A stretch of 64,000 bases of DNA from Felis catus (taxonomy: Eukaryota): NCBI RefSeq assembly GCF_018350175.1, contig NC_058368.1:6262001-6326000 (forward strand). Reading direction: 5' to 3'. Position numbers and translations under genes: made by a program. Of this stretch, positions 25,688 through 39,487 are shown piece by piece. Each line of letters begins with the position of its first letter. The first letter of the stretch is position 1. The notes beneath the pieces are model-generated. The model did not search any database and was not told the origin of the DNA. It saw only the letters and a list, made by a program, of their open reading frames with translations.

Positions 25688-25888
25688 TTTTTTTCTGATG
25701 TTTATTTATTTTTCGAGAAAGAGACAGAGCAAGAGTGGGGGAAGGGCAGAGAGACAGAGAGACTCTGAAGCAGGCTTCGGCTGTCATGACAGCTCAGAGC
25801 CGGAGGCCCGGCTGGAACTCAAGAACCAGGAGATCACCGCCTCTGCTGAAGTCCGAGGCTTAACCAACTGAGCCACCCAGGCGCCCCG
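25688..25888 (-). mobile_element. CanSINE
   Basis: Reverse-complement SINE ending CCACCCAGGCGCCCC. Confidence 0.9.
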
Positions 25889-26444
25889 TAAATCATTTTA
25901 ATTTAAGTGAACATCCTTTTATCAGCCGTGTTTTAGTTCTTCATCTATCTTCATACTCTTCATAACACAAATTATTTTGTCTTTTTAAATTTCCTTCTTA
26001 TATCCTGTCCTTCTTCGTTTCTTTTTGGTTCTTCTGTTCCTTTGGATGTCTTAGGTTTAGGTAGCATCTGATTTCTTTTTAACTCTAGTTTGTAAATGGC
26101 GGGCAGAATGCGCATGTGTGGAGTGAGGAGGCCAAGAGGGGGTCCAGGCCGTCAGCAGAGGCCCCGGGTCAGCGCCGTCTCCAGCCCTGGAGACGTCTGC
26201 TTCTCTGGCTCATCGTGACACAGCTTCCAGCCCCTCCTATGTTCCCTGAACCAGGGTCCATCCATGTCCCCCAGAGGCCCCCAGGCTGCAGATGGATGTG
26301 GGCAGGTGACAAACAAGCTTCCAAGAGTAATAAAAACCATAAAGAAAATGTAACAAGAAATGAAGGTAGAGGCTGAAGAGTGACAGTGTGAGGACAGATG
26401 ACTGGGGAACTTAGCAGAGAAAGTGGCAGTCCCCTGCTCCAGGT

Positions 26445-26657
26445 TTCTTTCTTTCTTTCTCTCTCTCTTTCTTTCTTTCAAGTTTATTTATCTATTTTGA
26501 GAGAGACAGAGCATAAGCGGGGGAGGGGCAGAGAGCGGGAGAGAGAGAATCCCAAGCAGGCTCCACACTGTCAGCGCACAGCCTGACATAGGGCTCGAAC
26601 TCACCAACTGTGAGAGCCAAGAGTCAGACATTAACCGACCGAGCCACCCAGGTGCCC
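26445..26657 (-). mobile_element. CanSINE
   Basis: (TTTC)n tail, body, ends CCACCCAGGTGCCC. Confidence 0.9.
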
Positions 26658-27395
26658 TAGATTTTGTTTTTATTTCCTAAGATGCGGTCAGGTCTCTTCT
26701 CCCGGCAGGTGGTTTTGTCTGCGTGCTGGGAGCCAGAGAAGGCCTGAGGCAGGAGGCCCAGACGACGTGTCAAGGAGCTTTCAATTCTGTGATTGTACGA
26801 TTCATTCTTAGTAACCGTTTGCCTCTGTGGGTTCTTTTTCTGTTGTGTCTTTTGGATACGCGGGACTCCTGGAAATAAAAGTTGTTGGAAAATTCCATTT
26901 GGGAAGAACTGCCGGAATGGTGTTAAGGTATCATTTACATGGTAACCGTGTCCCCGGTAGGAGGCACCGAAAGATGGAAATCACATACAAACAAGCAGAA
27001 GAATTGGTTTCCGCCCCCCGGAATGATGGGGCCTGGGGCCAGGCAGGGAGATGACGCACTCCCAGCAGGGGGGGGGGGTGCTGGGGGCAGCTGGGGGGAC
27101 ACGTTCTTGCCTCTCCTCTCACGGGGAGGCCGGGCAAAGCTGGCCTGCAAGAATAGGGAGGGTCGGGGCAAGGTTACTGTAGGGGATTCAGGGTTGAGAA
27201 GAATTGAGCTCTAGAAGGGTCACGATTATTCAGCAAACTCCATGCAATAGTCAACGTCACCGGGCATCCTGGGACGCGTCTACCCGGGGACAGCTTGTCT
27301 AGGGACTCCTGAGCTGGGCAGCCTCGGGAGCTGGCTGCCGGCTGCAGGCTCGCCTTGTCTCCTCTGGCAAGGAGGTCCGGCAGGGCTGGCCGGGC

Positions 27396-27411
27396 CAGCG
27401 CCATCTGGTGA
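27396..27411 (-). promoter_or_regulatory. CTCF core motif
   Basis: Minus strand TCACCAGATGGCGCTG matches the CTCF consensus. Confidence 0.55.
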
Positions 27412-29409
27412 AGCTGGAGGGAGAGGTAGGCGTCTTCCACCCTCGGCTGCCAGTGCATGGGGCCTGCAGGTAAATACCAAGTGAGCTCCCGCGAGCTGAG
27501 CCCAGCAAGTCTGTCTGCAACAGGTGATAGGGCTGCGGTGGGCTTGTCAGAGAGGCTCTGGGAGGGGGTGACAAGATAAAGAGGGGAAGGGGTTGGGATC
27601 ATCCAATAAACAGCTGTGACGGCAGCTCCCAGCGGATCGCGTGGGCAGACCTAGACCCGTACGGGGCTCAGGACTAATGAACCCGCCTGGGGGGAGGCTC
27701 TACCCGGGATTGGGGCGCAGCGACTCTGGTTGGACTTGAGTGGGAAGCCTGGTGCTCTGCCTCCTCCCTCCCCCCCAGCAGGGCCATTAGAGGGACCTCC
27801 AGGGGCGGGGCCTCTCCCAGGCTTCCCTTTACGAAGACAAGAACATTCGGGTCGGGACTGAAACCGCACGACTCGACTTTCGCTTCACCGTCCACGTAGG
27901 CAAAGACCAGGAGCCCCACCAGCCTCTCTAGAAGGCTGGGGGCTCATGGGAAAAGATTCTTCCAGCATCTTCTGACATGCTTCACCTCCTCCGAAAGAGC
28001 ATCACGCTTGCCACATGGCATCGTAATTGTCTTTTTTGCAGTTGGGTCCCCTCACCCGCACATAGCTCGAGGGAATTCGACTGTAGGTGCTCAAAAGAAC
28101 ATGTGACATAAAAAGCAACATCCTGTGTGTGATCTTGCCCGCCGTCCCCCACCATGCGCAGGTGCCCCGGAGTGCGGCTCTGCAAACGTTCGTACCCAGT
28201 TCCGATCCTCTCTTGCCGGGAGCATCTCACACGCTGGCGTTTAGAGCTACGATTCATATTTTTCATACAACGTGACCTCAAAACACAAGTCAAGCCAAAT
28301 GCTTCGTCTGGTGCTCAGCCACAGAAAACAGCCATCTGTTCCGGGGCTGCGGGGAAACCGGCTTTGTTGTATTTCTTGAGAGGCTGTGTTTCAGATGCCA
28401 GCCAACGTGCCTCCTCCCTGGGGATGTTCCCCTCCCCCCCCCAAGAATAATTTTGATTATACTTGATTTTCTTCTTGATGCCGAAATCTACCTAAGCCCT
28501 GCCGGAAATGCAACTCCTTTCTAGCTTTCTTCCCGGCTAAGCTGCGAGCTCCCCGAAGGGTGGCCCATATCGAATTCGCCCCACACGGTAGGCACAGTCC
28601 TGTGCATGAACAGAGAAGCCGGAGGGGAGCCGAGGGCGGGCGCCTGGACGGTCTTGCTCATTTACCCAAGGCGGGGGGCGGACTGAGATTACAGATGATG
28701 AGCTGGTCATCCTCCAGATCTGCACGAAGGAGATGAACTCCTGCCTATGCTCTGCTCACCTGCTGTGCACCCCACCTTTGTGAGGAGACATGGCCTGACA
28801 CACTGTAAGTGCTTCGAGCTTCCAGGATTCCACGCTCGCGTGTCTCGTTTGCTCACTGGACACGCGGCCTCAGGCTCCTTCGCTGGGTCCTCTTTCTTTT
28901 CCTAACCTGGAAACACTCGGGAGCCCCAGTCGCAGTCTTTGTCTCTGTCCTCTCTTCCCCACCTGCACGTGCATCTCAACGTGGTCCTGCCCAACCCCGC
29001 AGGTGTCCGTATCGTCGTGCCCCACGCTGTCCCGTATGGTAGCCACCAGCCGCGCACGGCCACGGAGCCTGTGAAATGGGACAAGTCCACACTGGGACGT
29101 ACTGTCCGTGTCGATCCACACCGGATTTTGAAGGCTTAGTATGGAAAAAACCAAAAAAAGTAGAGTAGCTCATTAATACTTTTGTATTGATTAGATGCTG
29201 ACGTGGTAAAAGGTTGGCTCCGCTGGATGAAGTTGAATTCGTGAAAAGGAGTGTCACCTGTTTCCTCATGCCTTGTTTTTAGCGTGACTGCTGGAAAGTT
29301 TTGAGGTCTCTAAGTGACGCACACATTTTCTTCTGTTGGACCCTTCTGATCTCCACGCTGACGACTCCTAAATTTCTGTCTCAAGTCTCTTTTCTTGGAG
29401 GTTTAGTGG

Positions 29410-29469
29410 CGTATCAGTCAAGCTTCTCCAGAGACACAGATCCAATGGGATGTAGGCGCACACATATAT

Positions 29470-29500
<31 letters not shown>

Positions 29501-29838
29501 GAGAGAGAGAGATTTAAGGAATTGGTTCACGTGGTCGGGGGGCTGGCAAGTCTCAAATCTGCAAGACAGGCCAGCTGGCTGGAAACCCAGGGTAGAGTTG
29601 ATGTTGCATCTTGAGTCTGAAGGCAATCTGCTGGCAGAATTCCTCCTTCCTCGAAGGTCCTCAGTCTTTGAAGGACTTCAACTGATTGGATAGAGGGTAA
29701 TCTGTTTCACTCAAAGTCTACTGATTTAAGCGTTAATCTCATCTAAAAAAAAAAAATACACCTCCACTGCGACACCTGGACTGGTATTTAACCAAGTAGC
29801 AGCACCATGCCCAGCCAGGTCAGCGCATAAAATTACCC
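29410..29838 (-). mobile_element. MLT2-like ERVL solo LTR with internal (TG)n(GA)n
   Basis: TTCTCCAGAGACACAGA...TAAGGAATTGGTTCAC...GGCTGGCAAGTCTCAAATCTGCA...CATAAAATTACC. Confidence 0.8.
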
Positions 29839-29859
29839 GCCCGTAAAATAAGTGCTTTG

Positions 29860-30400
29860 GCCACCTTGGCATCTCCACGGAGTGGTCTGATGGCCATCTT
29901 AGACTTCCCGTGCCCCAAGCAGACCTCTCTGCTCCCCGCCCCCCCGCCGCCTTCCTTCCACCCAGTTGTTCAGCCCAAATCCTAGGAGTCCTCGGCAACA
30001 CCTTTCTTCCCTCACCTCTCCTCTCCTGTCCATCAGCCAAGTCCTGCCGGCTCGGCCGTTAGATCAGATCCTGATTCTGACACCGCCCCGCTGGTCCAAG
30101 CCACCATCACCTGTCACCTGCATGTGACAGTTGTCCAAACCCTCTCCCTGCCTCCCCTGCCACCCACCTACACACGAAGCCCACAGCAGCGACACTCTCC
30201 TGTTTAAAACACCAGCTTACCAAGGAACCCCCAGTCTCAAAACTCTAATGGCTTTCTATCACATTCAGAATCAAATCAGAAATCTTTACTGAAGCCCACT
30301 TGGCAAAGACCCGCCCCTGCCAGTCTCTCTGAGCCCACAATCCACTGCTCACCTTGGCCAAACTGGTCTTCTCACAGTTTCTCAGATGCGTCAAAGGCAT
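29860..30400 (+). mobile_element. L2 fragment
   Basis: CCAAATCCTAGGAGTCCTC...CATCAGCCAAGTCCTG...GGTCCAAGCCACCATC typical of L2. Confidence 0.65.
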
Positions 30401-30950
30401 TCCCGTCTCCGGACCTCTGTGCTCTTGGCCCTCCTGACCTCGTCTTCTGCTCTGTCCTTCCTCCCCTTCCCTGCTAAGGCAGCCTGCCAGGCCCGCCCGC
30501 TGCTAAGAACCACCCCCCCTTGAGCCGACACGTGGCTTTTTTGCACCTCATGGGGTGCTGACTTGGCTGTGCGAGCCCTTCTGACCTTACTTGCCATGGG
30601 CTGAAGGGACTTCAATGCCAGGCCACGCTAACATCTCCCGGGCTCGGTCTGTCATCGGTAATGACAACGACAACAGTTTCCATTTCATAGGTTTGTTTGG
30701 GGGAATTAAAGTGGCAGTCTTCCTAAACCGCTGGTCCATAGAAAATACTCTCTAAGTGCCGGCTAAAACATTGCTGATTTTCTTGGTGAAACTTACGGGT
30801 CAGGAACTGAGAGCCGTGCAACAGGACAGGGGCAGCCTATAATCCCGGTTTCTGTCTGTTTGTACCAACCCACCCCTCAGTAAGAGCCCCAGGGGTGGAA
30901 TTATTTGGGGGGAGGGTGTAGGGCACACAATTCCGTTTTTAAAATGAATC

Positions 30951-31177
30951 GGGGCATCTGGGTGGCTCACTGGGTTGGACTTCCGACTTCGGCTCAGTCA
31001 TGATCTCATTGTTCAGTTCAGGAGTTCGAGCCCCGCGTCGGGCTCTGTGCTGACAGCTCAGAGCCTGGAGCCTGCTTTGGATTCTGTGTCTCCCTCTCTC
31101 TCTGCCCCTCCTCTACTCACTCTCTCTCTCTCTCTCTCTCTCTCAAACATAAAAAAAATTTAAAAAAATTTTTTAAA
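30951..31177 (+). mobile_element. CanSINE
   Basis: Head, (CT)n, A-rich tail; TSD TTTTTAAA(A)TGAATC. Confidence 0.92.
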
Positions 31178-31202
31178 TGAATCAGATCTCACATTAAGTT
31201 GA

Positions 31203-31212
31203 TTTATTTACT

Positions 31213-31246
<34 letters not shown>

Positions 31247-31419
31247 CAGAGAACAAGTGAGCAGGGAAGGGCCAGAGAGAGAGGGAGAGAGAGAGAATCC
31301 CCAGCAGGTTCCCACACTGTCCCCGTAGACCCAGATGAGGAGCTCGAACTCACGAACAGGCAGATCACGACCTGAACTGAGGTCAGATGCTTAACCGACG
31401 GAGCGACCCCGGTGCCCCC
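31203..31419 (-). mobile_element. CanSINE
   Basis: (GA)n tract and reverse head; TSD AGATCTCACATTAA. Confidence 0.92.
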
Positions 31420-33347
31420 AGATCTCACATTAAAGACAAAGTTGGCAATGGCCGCTGAGAGAAGGTTCCATATTTTCCCTTTTACTCCGAGTCGGCTTTA
31501 TTGGGTCTGAATCACCACTACCTTTCAGCCTTCCTTTCTTCCAACCCAGCGCGTTTGGCCTGAAGGTCCCAGCAAGGGAGGTACTGATTCTAAGGTGAAG
31601 TTTGTCATCCCAGCAAACGGGCTCCTCACTGAAGCTCGGACATAGAATGGCAAGTGAAGCTCCCCCATCCGTAAAAAGACAGAAGGAGGCAACACACTGC
31701 TTTCAACGACTTTCGGTCTCTGGATGCAGGGGAACTGTAACCGCAAACTGCTGATGGCATTTGCAGGCGTCACCTCAGAGTCTTCGAGAAACGCAAAATG
31801 GGACGAGCACCAGGGGACCGGAGACAGATCACGTGGTCGGAATTTTCAAAAGGTGGAAACGAGAATAGACCGAACTCCAGACGGAACACGCCTCAGTCCT
31901 GCGCTGCTGATCCAGAAGGGGCTTTCGAACTGTGTGTCGCTTCAGGGTCATTACACTAGACACGCTTATCGCGTCCTGGAAACGGGCAGATGTTCGCATT
32001 CGCACGCTAACTGCTAACAGTTAACAGCTTCCTGGGCAACAGGGGTTGATCTGTTAATAATCTCTTCCATTTATTGGCCCCCTCTGGGCCGGGACAAATG
32101 CTAAGTGCTTTCTTTGCATTTTCTTGTTTAATCCGTCCTGCCGCCCTTCGAGGTTTGCATTCGGAGGAAATTGAAACTCAGAGAGGTGAGCTGGCATGTC
32201 TGCAGCCACCCGGGGAGAGTGAGGACAGCTGAGGCTTGGGCACAAATGGATCTAATTTCAAAGCAATGGCCCTTAACCATTTCTCTGTCCTGCTTAGAGA
32301 AACCCCGGCCACATTTCGAGGAGCAAGAACCAGCGAAGGAGACGGAAAAAGGCAGTCATGGGAGCAGGGGGATGAGGCTTCTGCGAAATGCCTCGCTCCC
32401 CTCCCAGCTAGGGCGAACTTTCCGCGTTGGAAAGAACAACGTTCATGCGGGATGAACGCGCTCTCCACGAAAATGCCGGGAGCGGCTTTGAACCAAGGGT
32501 TCGAAGTCATGGCGGGGGAAGTGAAGGTGACTGGATGAATGGGACTCCAGACACTCGCCCTGTTTATGTCGTGGTAAATGTCTTCCGTCTGTACTACCAA
32601 CACTCATCCTCTGAAACCAGCGTGGGATTGATATTCTGTTCACAAAAACAATTCTCCAATTTTCCCATGTTCTACTCTAGATCACTTCGGCCTTTTCTCG
32701 TCACAGGCCCTGGCAGGCAGCAAATGGGACCCTCAGACCCTCACACTGTGCGCCTTCTGAGAGTTTCACGAAGGGGCAATTCATGAAGATTCGGACAAGA
32801 TTGAAGGAGACCGACAGGTCATGGTCTCAAGACTCCTTAGCTCACCTGCCCTACAAGGGCCAAGAGCAGGGGGCAGGTTCCAGAGCCTGGAGAGTGTGTC
32901 TTCCGCAGAAGGAGCAGCAGAGGGGAGGGGCGGGGGGAGACCCGGAGGGGTACGTGCTCTCACCGCACTTTCTTCCCAACCCTTGACCCCTGTCAGCGCA
33001 TCCTAATGGAAGTCACTGAACAAGAGACACTGTTACTGTTCCCAGCACACAAATCAAGGTAGAGAAAGATGGAAAATGGATTTGGGTGGGGTTCACAGAA
33101 GACACCTACCACACTCCCCTACTCCCCCAGAGAAAAACTGGAATGAAAATAGTTAAAACAAGCAAAAAGAAAAAAAAAAAAAGGCCAAGTGATGCAATGA
33201 AGTAATAAATTGTTTTAAAAAATCACAACAAAAAACGCCCACTGAGAGGTCACGAAGAGGTCCTTGAACAGAAAATAACCCCGAGGCTGTGTGATTTGGC
33301 CTGGCACATGCCTTACATGCATTTGAATTTGTTGCCAATATTTAACA

Positions 33348-33623
33348 CTTTTTTTAATGTTTTTATTTTATTTTATTTTATTTTATTTTATTTTATTTTA
33401 TTCTATATTTTATTTTATATTTTATTTTATCTTATTTTTGTGAGAGAGAGACCGAGCACGAGTGGGGAAGGGGCAGAGAGAGGGGGACACACAGAGTCTG
33501 AAGCAGGTTCCAGGCTCTGAGCTGTCAGCACAGAGTCTGACACGGGGCTCGAACTTATGGACCGTGAGATCATCACCAGAGCTGAAGTCGGACGCTTAAC
33601 CCACTGAGCCCCCCAGGCGCCCC
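33348..33623 (-). mobile_element. CanSINE with expanded (TTTTA)n tail
   Basis: TSD TTGCCAATATTTAA. Confidence 0.95.
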
Positions 33624-33689
33624 TATTGCCAATATTTAAATATTGGGGGATTTTACCCAGACATCTGGATTTTCTGTTTTTCTTTTCTT

Positions 33690-35185
33690 TTTTTAAATGG
33701 AATAACTATTGACATACGATGTTGTGTTAGTTACGGGCGTACAACACAGTGATTCAGTGTTTAGGCACATTGCAAAATGGTTACCCCACTGGGCCTAGTC
33801 ACCATCCGTCACCGTACAGAGTTGTTACAGGATTATTGACTGTATTCCCTAGGCTGCACATTATAACCCTCTGTCTTACTTATTGTATAACTGGAAGATT
33901 CTACCTTTTAACCGCTGTCACCTCTTTTGTCCACACCCCCCCCCCACCACTCCCCTCTGGCAGCCATTCGTGTCCTCTCTGTATCTATGAGTCTGTTTTG
34001 TTTTGGTTATTCCTTTGTTTTGGTTTTTAGATTCCACAAGTAAGTGAAATCATAAGATATTTCTCCTTGTCTGATTTAGTTCACTTAGCATAATAGCCTC
34101 TAGGTACATCCATGTTGTGGCAAATGGCAAGATTTTTTTCTTTTCTATGGCTGAGTAGTATCCCATTGGTACATCTGTTCTTTATCTATTCATCTATCAA
34201 TGGAAATTTAGGCTACTTTCATATCTCGTCTATGATAAATAATGAACATAGCTCATTAGTTTTTGTTCTCTCCAGGTAAATAGCTAGAAGTAGAATTACT
34301 GGGTCATACGATAGTTCTATCTTTAATTGTTTGAGGAGCCTCCATACTGTTTTCCGCAGTGGCTGCACCGATGTTCATTCCCACCAACAGCACACAAGGG
34401 TTCCCCTTTTCTCCACATCCTTGCCAACACTTGCATCTTGTCTTTTTGAGGCTAGCCCTTCTGACAGGTGTGAGGTGATAGCTCATTGTGGTTGCGATTG
34501 GCATTTCCCTGATGAGCGGCGATGTTGAGCACCTTTCCATGTGCTTGTTGGTCATCTGGATGTCTTTGTTGGGAAAGTGTCTATGCAGTTCCTCTGCCCC
34601 CTTGTCAAGCAGATTGGTTGTTTTTTGATATTGAGTTGTATGAGTTGTTTATATATTTTGGATATTAGCCCTTTATCAAATACGTCATCTGTGAATACCT
34701 TCTTTCATGCAGTCGGTTGCCTTTTCATCTTGTTGATGGTTTCCTTTGCGGTGCAGAAATCTCTTTAGGTTGTTATCATCCCATTTGTTTATTTTTGCTT
34801 TTGCTGTTCTTTTTTGAGAAGATAGAAAAACAAAACAAAACAAAACCGCTAAGACCGATGTCAAAGAGCTTACTGCCTACGTTTTCTTCTAGGAATTTTA
34901 CGGTTTCAGGTCTCTTAGATTGAAGTCTTTAATCCTTCTGAGTTTATTTTTGTGTGTGGTGTAAGAAAGCAGTCCAGTTTCATTCATTTGCACGTAGCTG
35001 TCCCGTTCTCCCAGCACCATTTATTGAAGAGGCTGTCTTTCCTCGTTTTCTATTCTTGCCTCCTTTGTTATAGATTGACTGACCATATAATCATGGATTT
35101 ATTTCTGGGCTGTCTGTTCTGTTCTGTTGATCTACGTGTCTGCTTCTCGGTCAAAACCATACTGTTTTGGTTATTACGGCTTTGT
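33690..35185 (-). mobile_element. L1 3' portion (about 1.5 kb, carnivore-type)
   Basis: Minus-strand remnant [32 protein letters not shown]...[10 protein letters not shown] is L1 ORF2 C-terminus; 3'UTR to the left. Confidence 0.92.
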
Positions 35186-36964
35186 AGGGTTTAGCCCCTT
35201 CTGCCTGGGACACAAACATATCTGCCTTCATCAGCAACCCTCAGGAAGTACCTTAGATATCACTTCACTCCCTTTAGGGAGCTGTGTCTCAGAAGCTCTT
35301 ACGGCATCCCCAAGCTAGTGATGATCTTGTTCCGTTATTGCCTCCAGACTAAATCTAAAAGGACAGGGATTGGGCCTCTCTTGGCTATTGTATCCACAGG
35401 ACCTCGTCATGAGAACCACTCAATACTATTTGACAAATCCATGGCCACACCTTACCCGCTAATAGTTTTAGAGAAATGAGAGGCAGGTCATGTCAGAATC
35501 TCCAGTTTTGTCTCCAAGATAACCAGTACGAAAGAAGCAGCTCCTGGGAGAAAGTGAGTGAGTGTGAGAGAGGCCAGCCCACTTCCCGGCGAGGGCTGGC
35601 CCCAGGAAGCTCTTGCAACTCCGCCTCTCGCGAGAAAACATTTGGTTTGTAGGTTGTTCTCACTTGGCTTTGAAAAACCAAGAACACGTTCAATTTAATG
35701 ACCGCTCGGCATTAGTCAGCATGGGTTCACAGAAGTCCTCACTCTACGTATTTATTAAGAAATCCATCGACCCTTATTTTTCTAGACAGGGCAATTTCAG
35801 ACACTTCCTGTCTCCAAGAAGTCATTGCTAATATTGAATTCCAATAGCATGTGAAACTGTGGCTGGCGGCCCACAAAAGATGCTTTAAAGCCCAGCCCTC
35901 CCCTGACAGCCCGGCAATTTGTGAGCAACCTAACAGGCAGTGGAATTCATAGCATTCTGACATCCAAGCTGCTCTCTTTTGGTGGCGAGAGCCAAGCCGG
36001 GAATGATAACCCCGAAGGAGCCAGTTTGGGAATCAAAGTTGCACGCGTTCACTCACTGCGTTCACGACGAAATGTAATTTTTCCGGAAGACTTGAAAGTG
36101 TACCCTGACGTGACAAAGGCAAACACTAGAATACCATTTGCTTTCTTCACCTGGAAGGCAGATGCCCTTTGCAGACCTGGCTCCAGCAAGGCAGGTGGGG
36201 GCTGGCGCCAGTCAGCTCGGGCCCCTGCCTGGCGACGGACCTCAGGGCCTCCAGAGACAGGAAAGCCCATCTGCTCGCCCAGCATGGGCTCGCCGTAACG
36301 TGCGCAGCACGTACCTTGTATTTCCTCTCTGTGGGGATTTGATGTAATGTCTGTCGAACGCACCAGAATGTCAAAAGCATGGAGCCTTAGGGAGAGAAAG
36401 GGCCTCAAGCTGTAAATAGCGGCAGAATGAAACACCGTGTTTTTCGTTGACAGGTGTTCCCTCCCCCCCCCTCCCCCGCCACATCCCAGGAGGACCTACA
36501 ATCACCGAAGGTTTCCAGTGCCCCTGACAGGATGACGTGACAGTCCACAAAGAGGTTGTAGAAATGACGGCTCTGTTATTACAGTGAGATTAAATGGGAC
36601 TCATTGTCAGGGAACAGGAACAGTCCTACTCGTCTTTCTTTCCGTGGAAAATGGCCTGGGCTGCTGGATTGGGCATAGAATGAAGTCCATCATGCAGTTA
36701 ACAGCTGGTTTCACGGAATCACAGGCTGCTACAGCTGCAACAGCACCTCGATGCCACATATCCAAGGTTCCACGAAATGCGGTTCACAGATGACGCACCC
36801 TAAACGCAGAAGGTCGGAGTGACTTCCCGGAGGCTGTCCTGGGAGCTAGAAGCAAAGAGGGGACTACCTTTCCTCACCCAACCTGTTACCTTTTATACCG
36901 TGCCGTCACCCTGAGGACACAGCCCTGCTTACTTGGGGTTTAGGCAACAAGCTCTGGGTTTAAC

Positions 36965-37310
36965 TGTCTGCTTTAGTCTGTTTGGGCCGCTATAATAAAA
37001 CTACTATAGACTGGAAGGTTTCGCCAACAAGCATTTATTTCCCTGGAGGATGGAGGCTCGGAGGCCCAAGATCAAGGCTTCCGTAGATTTGGTGTCTGGT
37101 GAGAGTCCACTTCCGGGTTCAGAGACGGCCACTTTCTCAGGGTCCTCACGTGGTGGAAGGAGTAAGGGAGCTCTCTGGGCTCTCTTCCCGAGGGCCCGAA
37201 TCCTATCAGCGAGGGCTCTACCCTTATGACCTCCCAAAGGCCCCACCTCCTAATGCATCACCCTAGGGGTTCAGATTCAGCATAAGAATTTTGTGGGGAC
37301 ACAGCAGCCG
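36965..37310 (-). mobile_element. MLT1A-like MaLR solo LTR
   Basis: CCAAGATCAAGG...AGATTTGGTGTCTGGTGAGAG...CCTCCCAAAGGCCCCACCTCCTAAT. Confidence 0.85.
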
Positions 37311-37625
37311 GGCTATAGGGTAGGTACTGGAAGTTTCTAGGCCCCCACAGGTGCTCAGTGGGAGACAATTAGGCCTCTCAATGCCCGGCCGCTGTCTCCT
37401 CCCCACTTCCAACCCATCCTTTTTTTTCGCCTCCTAAATCAAAGACAGAAAAGCACAGGGCAGGAAGGTTCCCAAGATCTCAGGCCACTGTGACGGGGTC
37501 TGTAAGTCACCGGGCAGACGGCAGTTTGGTCCTGCGTCCAGCCCCTCTCGCCTGCTTCTTTCAGACAGTGTCATCTGTGCTGACCGGAAGTTTAGCCATT
37601 TCCTGTTTTCAAAGGAAATACCTGT

Positions 37626-37855
37626 GGGGGCGCCTGGGTGGCTCAGATCGTTAAACTCGGGTCTTAAGGACTCTTGCTTCCGGCTCAGGTCTCAACCTCA
37701 CGGTTCATGGGATCGAGCCCCGCATAGGACCCTGTGCTGACAGCACAGAGCCTGCTTGGGATTCCCTCTCTCCCTACCCCCCCTCTCTGCCCCTACTCCA
37801 CTCTTTCTCTCTTTCAAAATAGTTATTTTAAAAATTGTAAGTAAACAAATAAATA
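37626..37855 (+). mobile_element. CanSINE (diverged)
   Basis: GGGGCGCCTGGGTGGCTCAG head and A-rich tail. Confidence 0.88.
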
Positions 37856-37964
37856 TCTGCAAAGGCGACAATGTCAAGGGGCCTAAGAGGTTTTGGGGGG
37901 GCAAACGGTATCAGACTCCTCAAGATGAAAAGCCAACCCGGGCAGGAAGAATGGCGCCCGTGGG

Positions 37965-38202
37965 TTTTTATTTATTTACTTTAAAAAAAATTTTTTTTAA
38001 CGTTTATTTATTTTTGAGACAGAGAGAGACAGAGCATGAACGGGGGGAGGATCAGAGAGAGAGGGAGACACAGAATCTGAAACAGGCTCCAGGCTCGGAG
38101 TGGTCAGCACAGAGCCTGACGCGGGGCTTGAACTCACGGACCGCGAGATCATGACCTGAGCTGAAGTCGGACGCTTAACCGACTGAGCCACCCAGGCGCC
38201 CC
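37965..38202 (-). mobile_element. CanSINE
   Basis: Reverse-complement SINE; TSD-like CGTGG(G)TTTTTTATT. Confidence 0.95.
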
Positions 38203-39487
38203 TCGTGGTTTTTTATTCTTAGGGGAACAAACTGCACGACAGCTCGTGTCCAGCCTCCGGCTCGTGTTTATTTCTCCGGCCAGTCAGTGAAGGGACTCCC
38301 GAGTCATTATGGACCATCTCTGATGAGTGCGGTGATGTGCTTTTCTTGCGGCCCCGATTTTCTACCTAATGTTTCAGGGGGCTGAGGAGCCACGGGTCCC
38401 TTGGCCTCCTGGCAGATCTGGGAGGGATGCAGGGCAGGGAAAAGGTGATTTGATCCCCAGGCTTCACGTGTCTGGAGATAAGACCCCAGCGTGCGGGCCA
38501 ATCCCGTCCTTCATGGATTAGGCTGACAGTCATTAAAATGGGCTTTGGACATATGGGGTGGGGGTGGGCTAAACAGGGAGACAGGCCAATAGGATCCATC
38601 AGTTCTCCTTCCCCTGCACCTCGACATGCAATACAGATACTAGATCTCAGAGTATTAAGAGAGACAAGGGCACGTTCATTCTCTCATCCCATGTGCTCAC
38701 CAGGCGGGAGCGAGCCAGGAACCTGCTCCAACAAGAAGCCAAAAGGCTTGGCTCTCGAAAGTGTTGAGTTCTGCCTCATCCTTAGCTTCCCTAAGAATAT
38801 TTGCTTTTTGAACAAAAAAAATTAATAATCACAATGACTTCAAGGCTTACTTAAAAATGGGTAACCTGATTTGCCCGCAAAACAACCAAGCCTGCTGGTC
38901 CCTGGTAAAAAAGGTCAGCATCTTCCTTATGCCAGTGTGTGAGCGAGTCTGCCTCTGGGAATTCGCCAAAGTAAATAATTGTAAATTCTGAAAAATCTAC
39001 ACTCAAGATTATGTTTATTGTAGCACTACTTAGTAGCATGAAAGAAGAGTAAACACCTTAATATTTAATGATAGGGTGGTAATGGTTGAGGAAACTGTGT
39101 AAATTCCCAGGAAGGAATATTATTCAGCCATTATAAGTGATAAGAAAAGGCTAAGTTCGCTAAAAAAAAAAAAAAAAAGGATATAAAATTAAATAGTATT
39201 TGTGTATCTCTATAGAGGCATGGAAAAAAACCTGCTATAAAATTTCCTAAAGCATTAACAGTGATTGCAGAAGAGGGCGGGGGGCAAGGTCATGGATGAT
39301 GTCTTTCCTTTCTTTCCCAAGTTCTCACTTACGTAATTGTATTTTTGTAATGGAAAACTATAAATATAACTTTCCAAAAAAAAAAAAATATTGCCCTGGC
39401 CCGACTCAAGACGTTCCGCTCTTCGGACCTAACAGACAGCTATCTGACTTGAAAGAAATGTCCGTGTACAGGACATGTGGTAGTTTA

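Noticed and set aside
24689..29040. Extension of the + strand exon chain through 24.7, 26.9, 28.0, 28.5 and 29.0 kb
   Set aside because: Needs a non-AG acceptor near 26862 and several alternative boundary and frame choices work equally well, so the chain is not informative.
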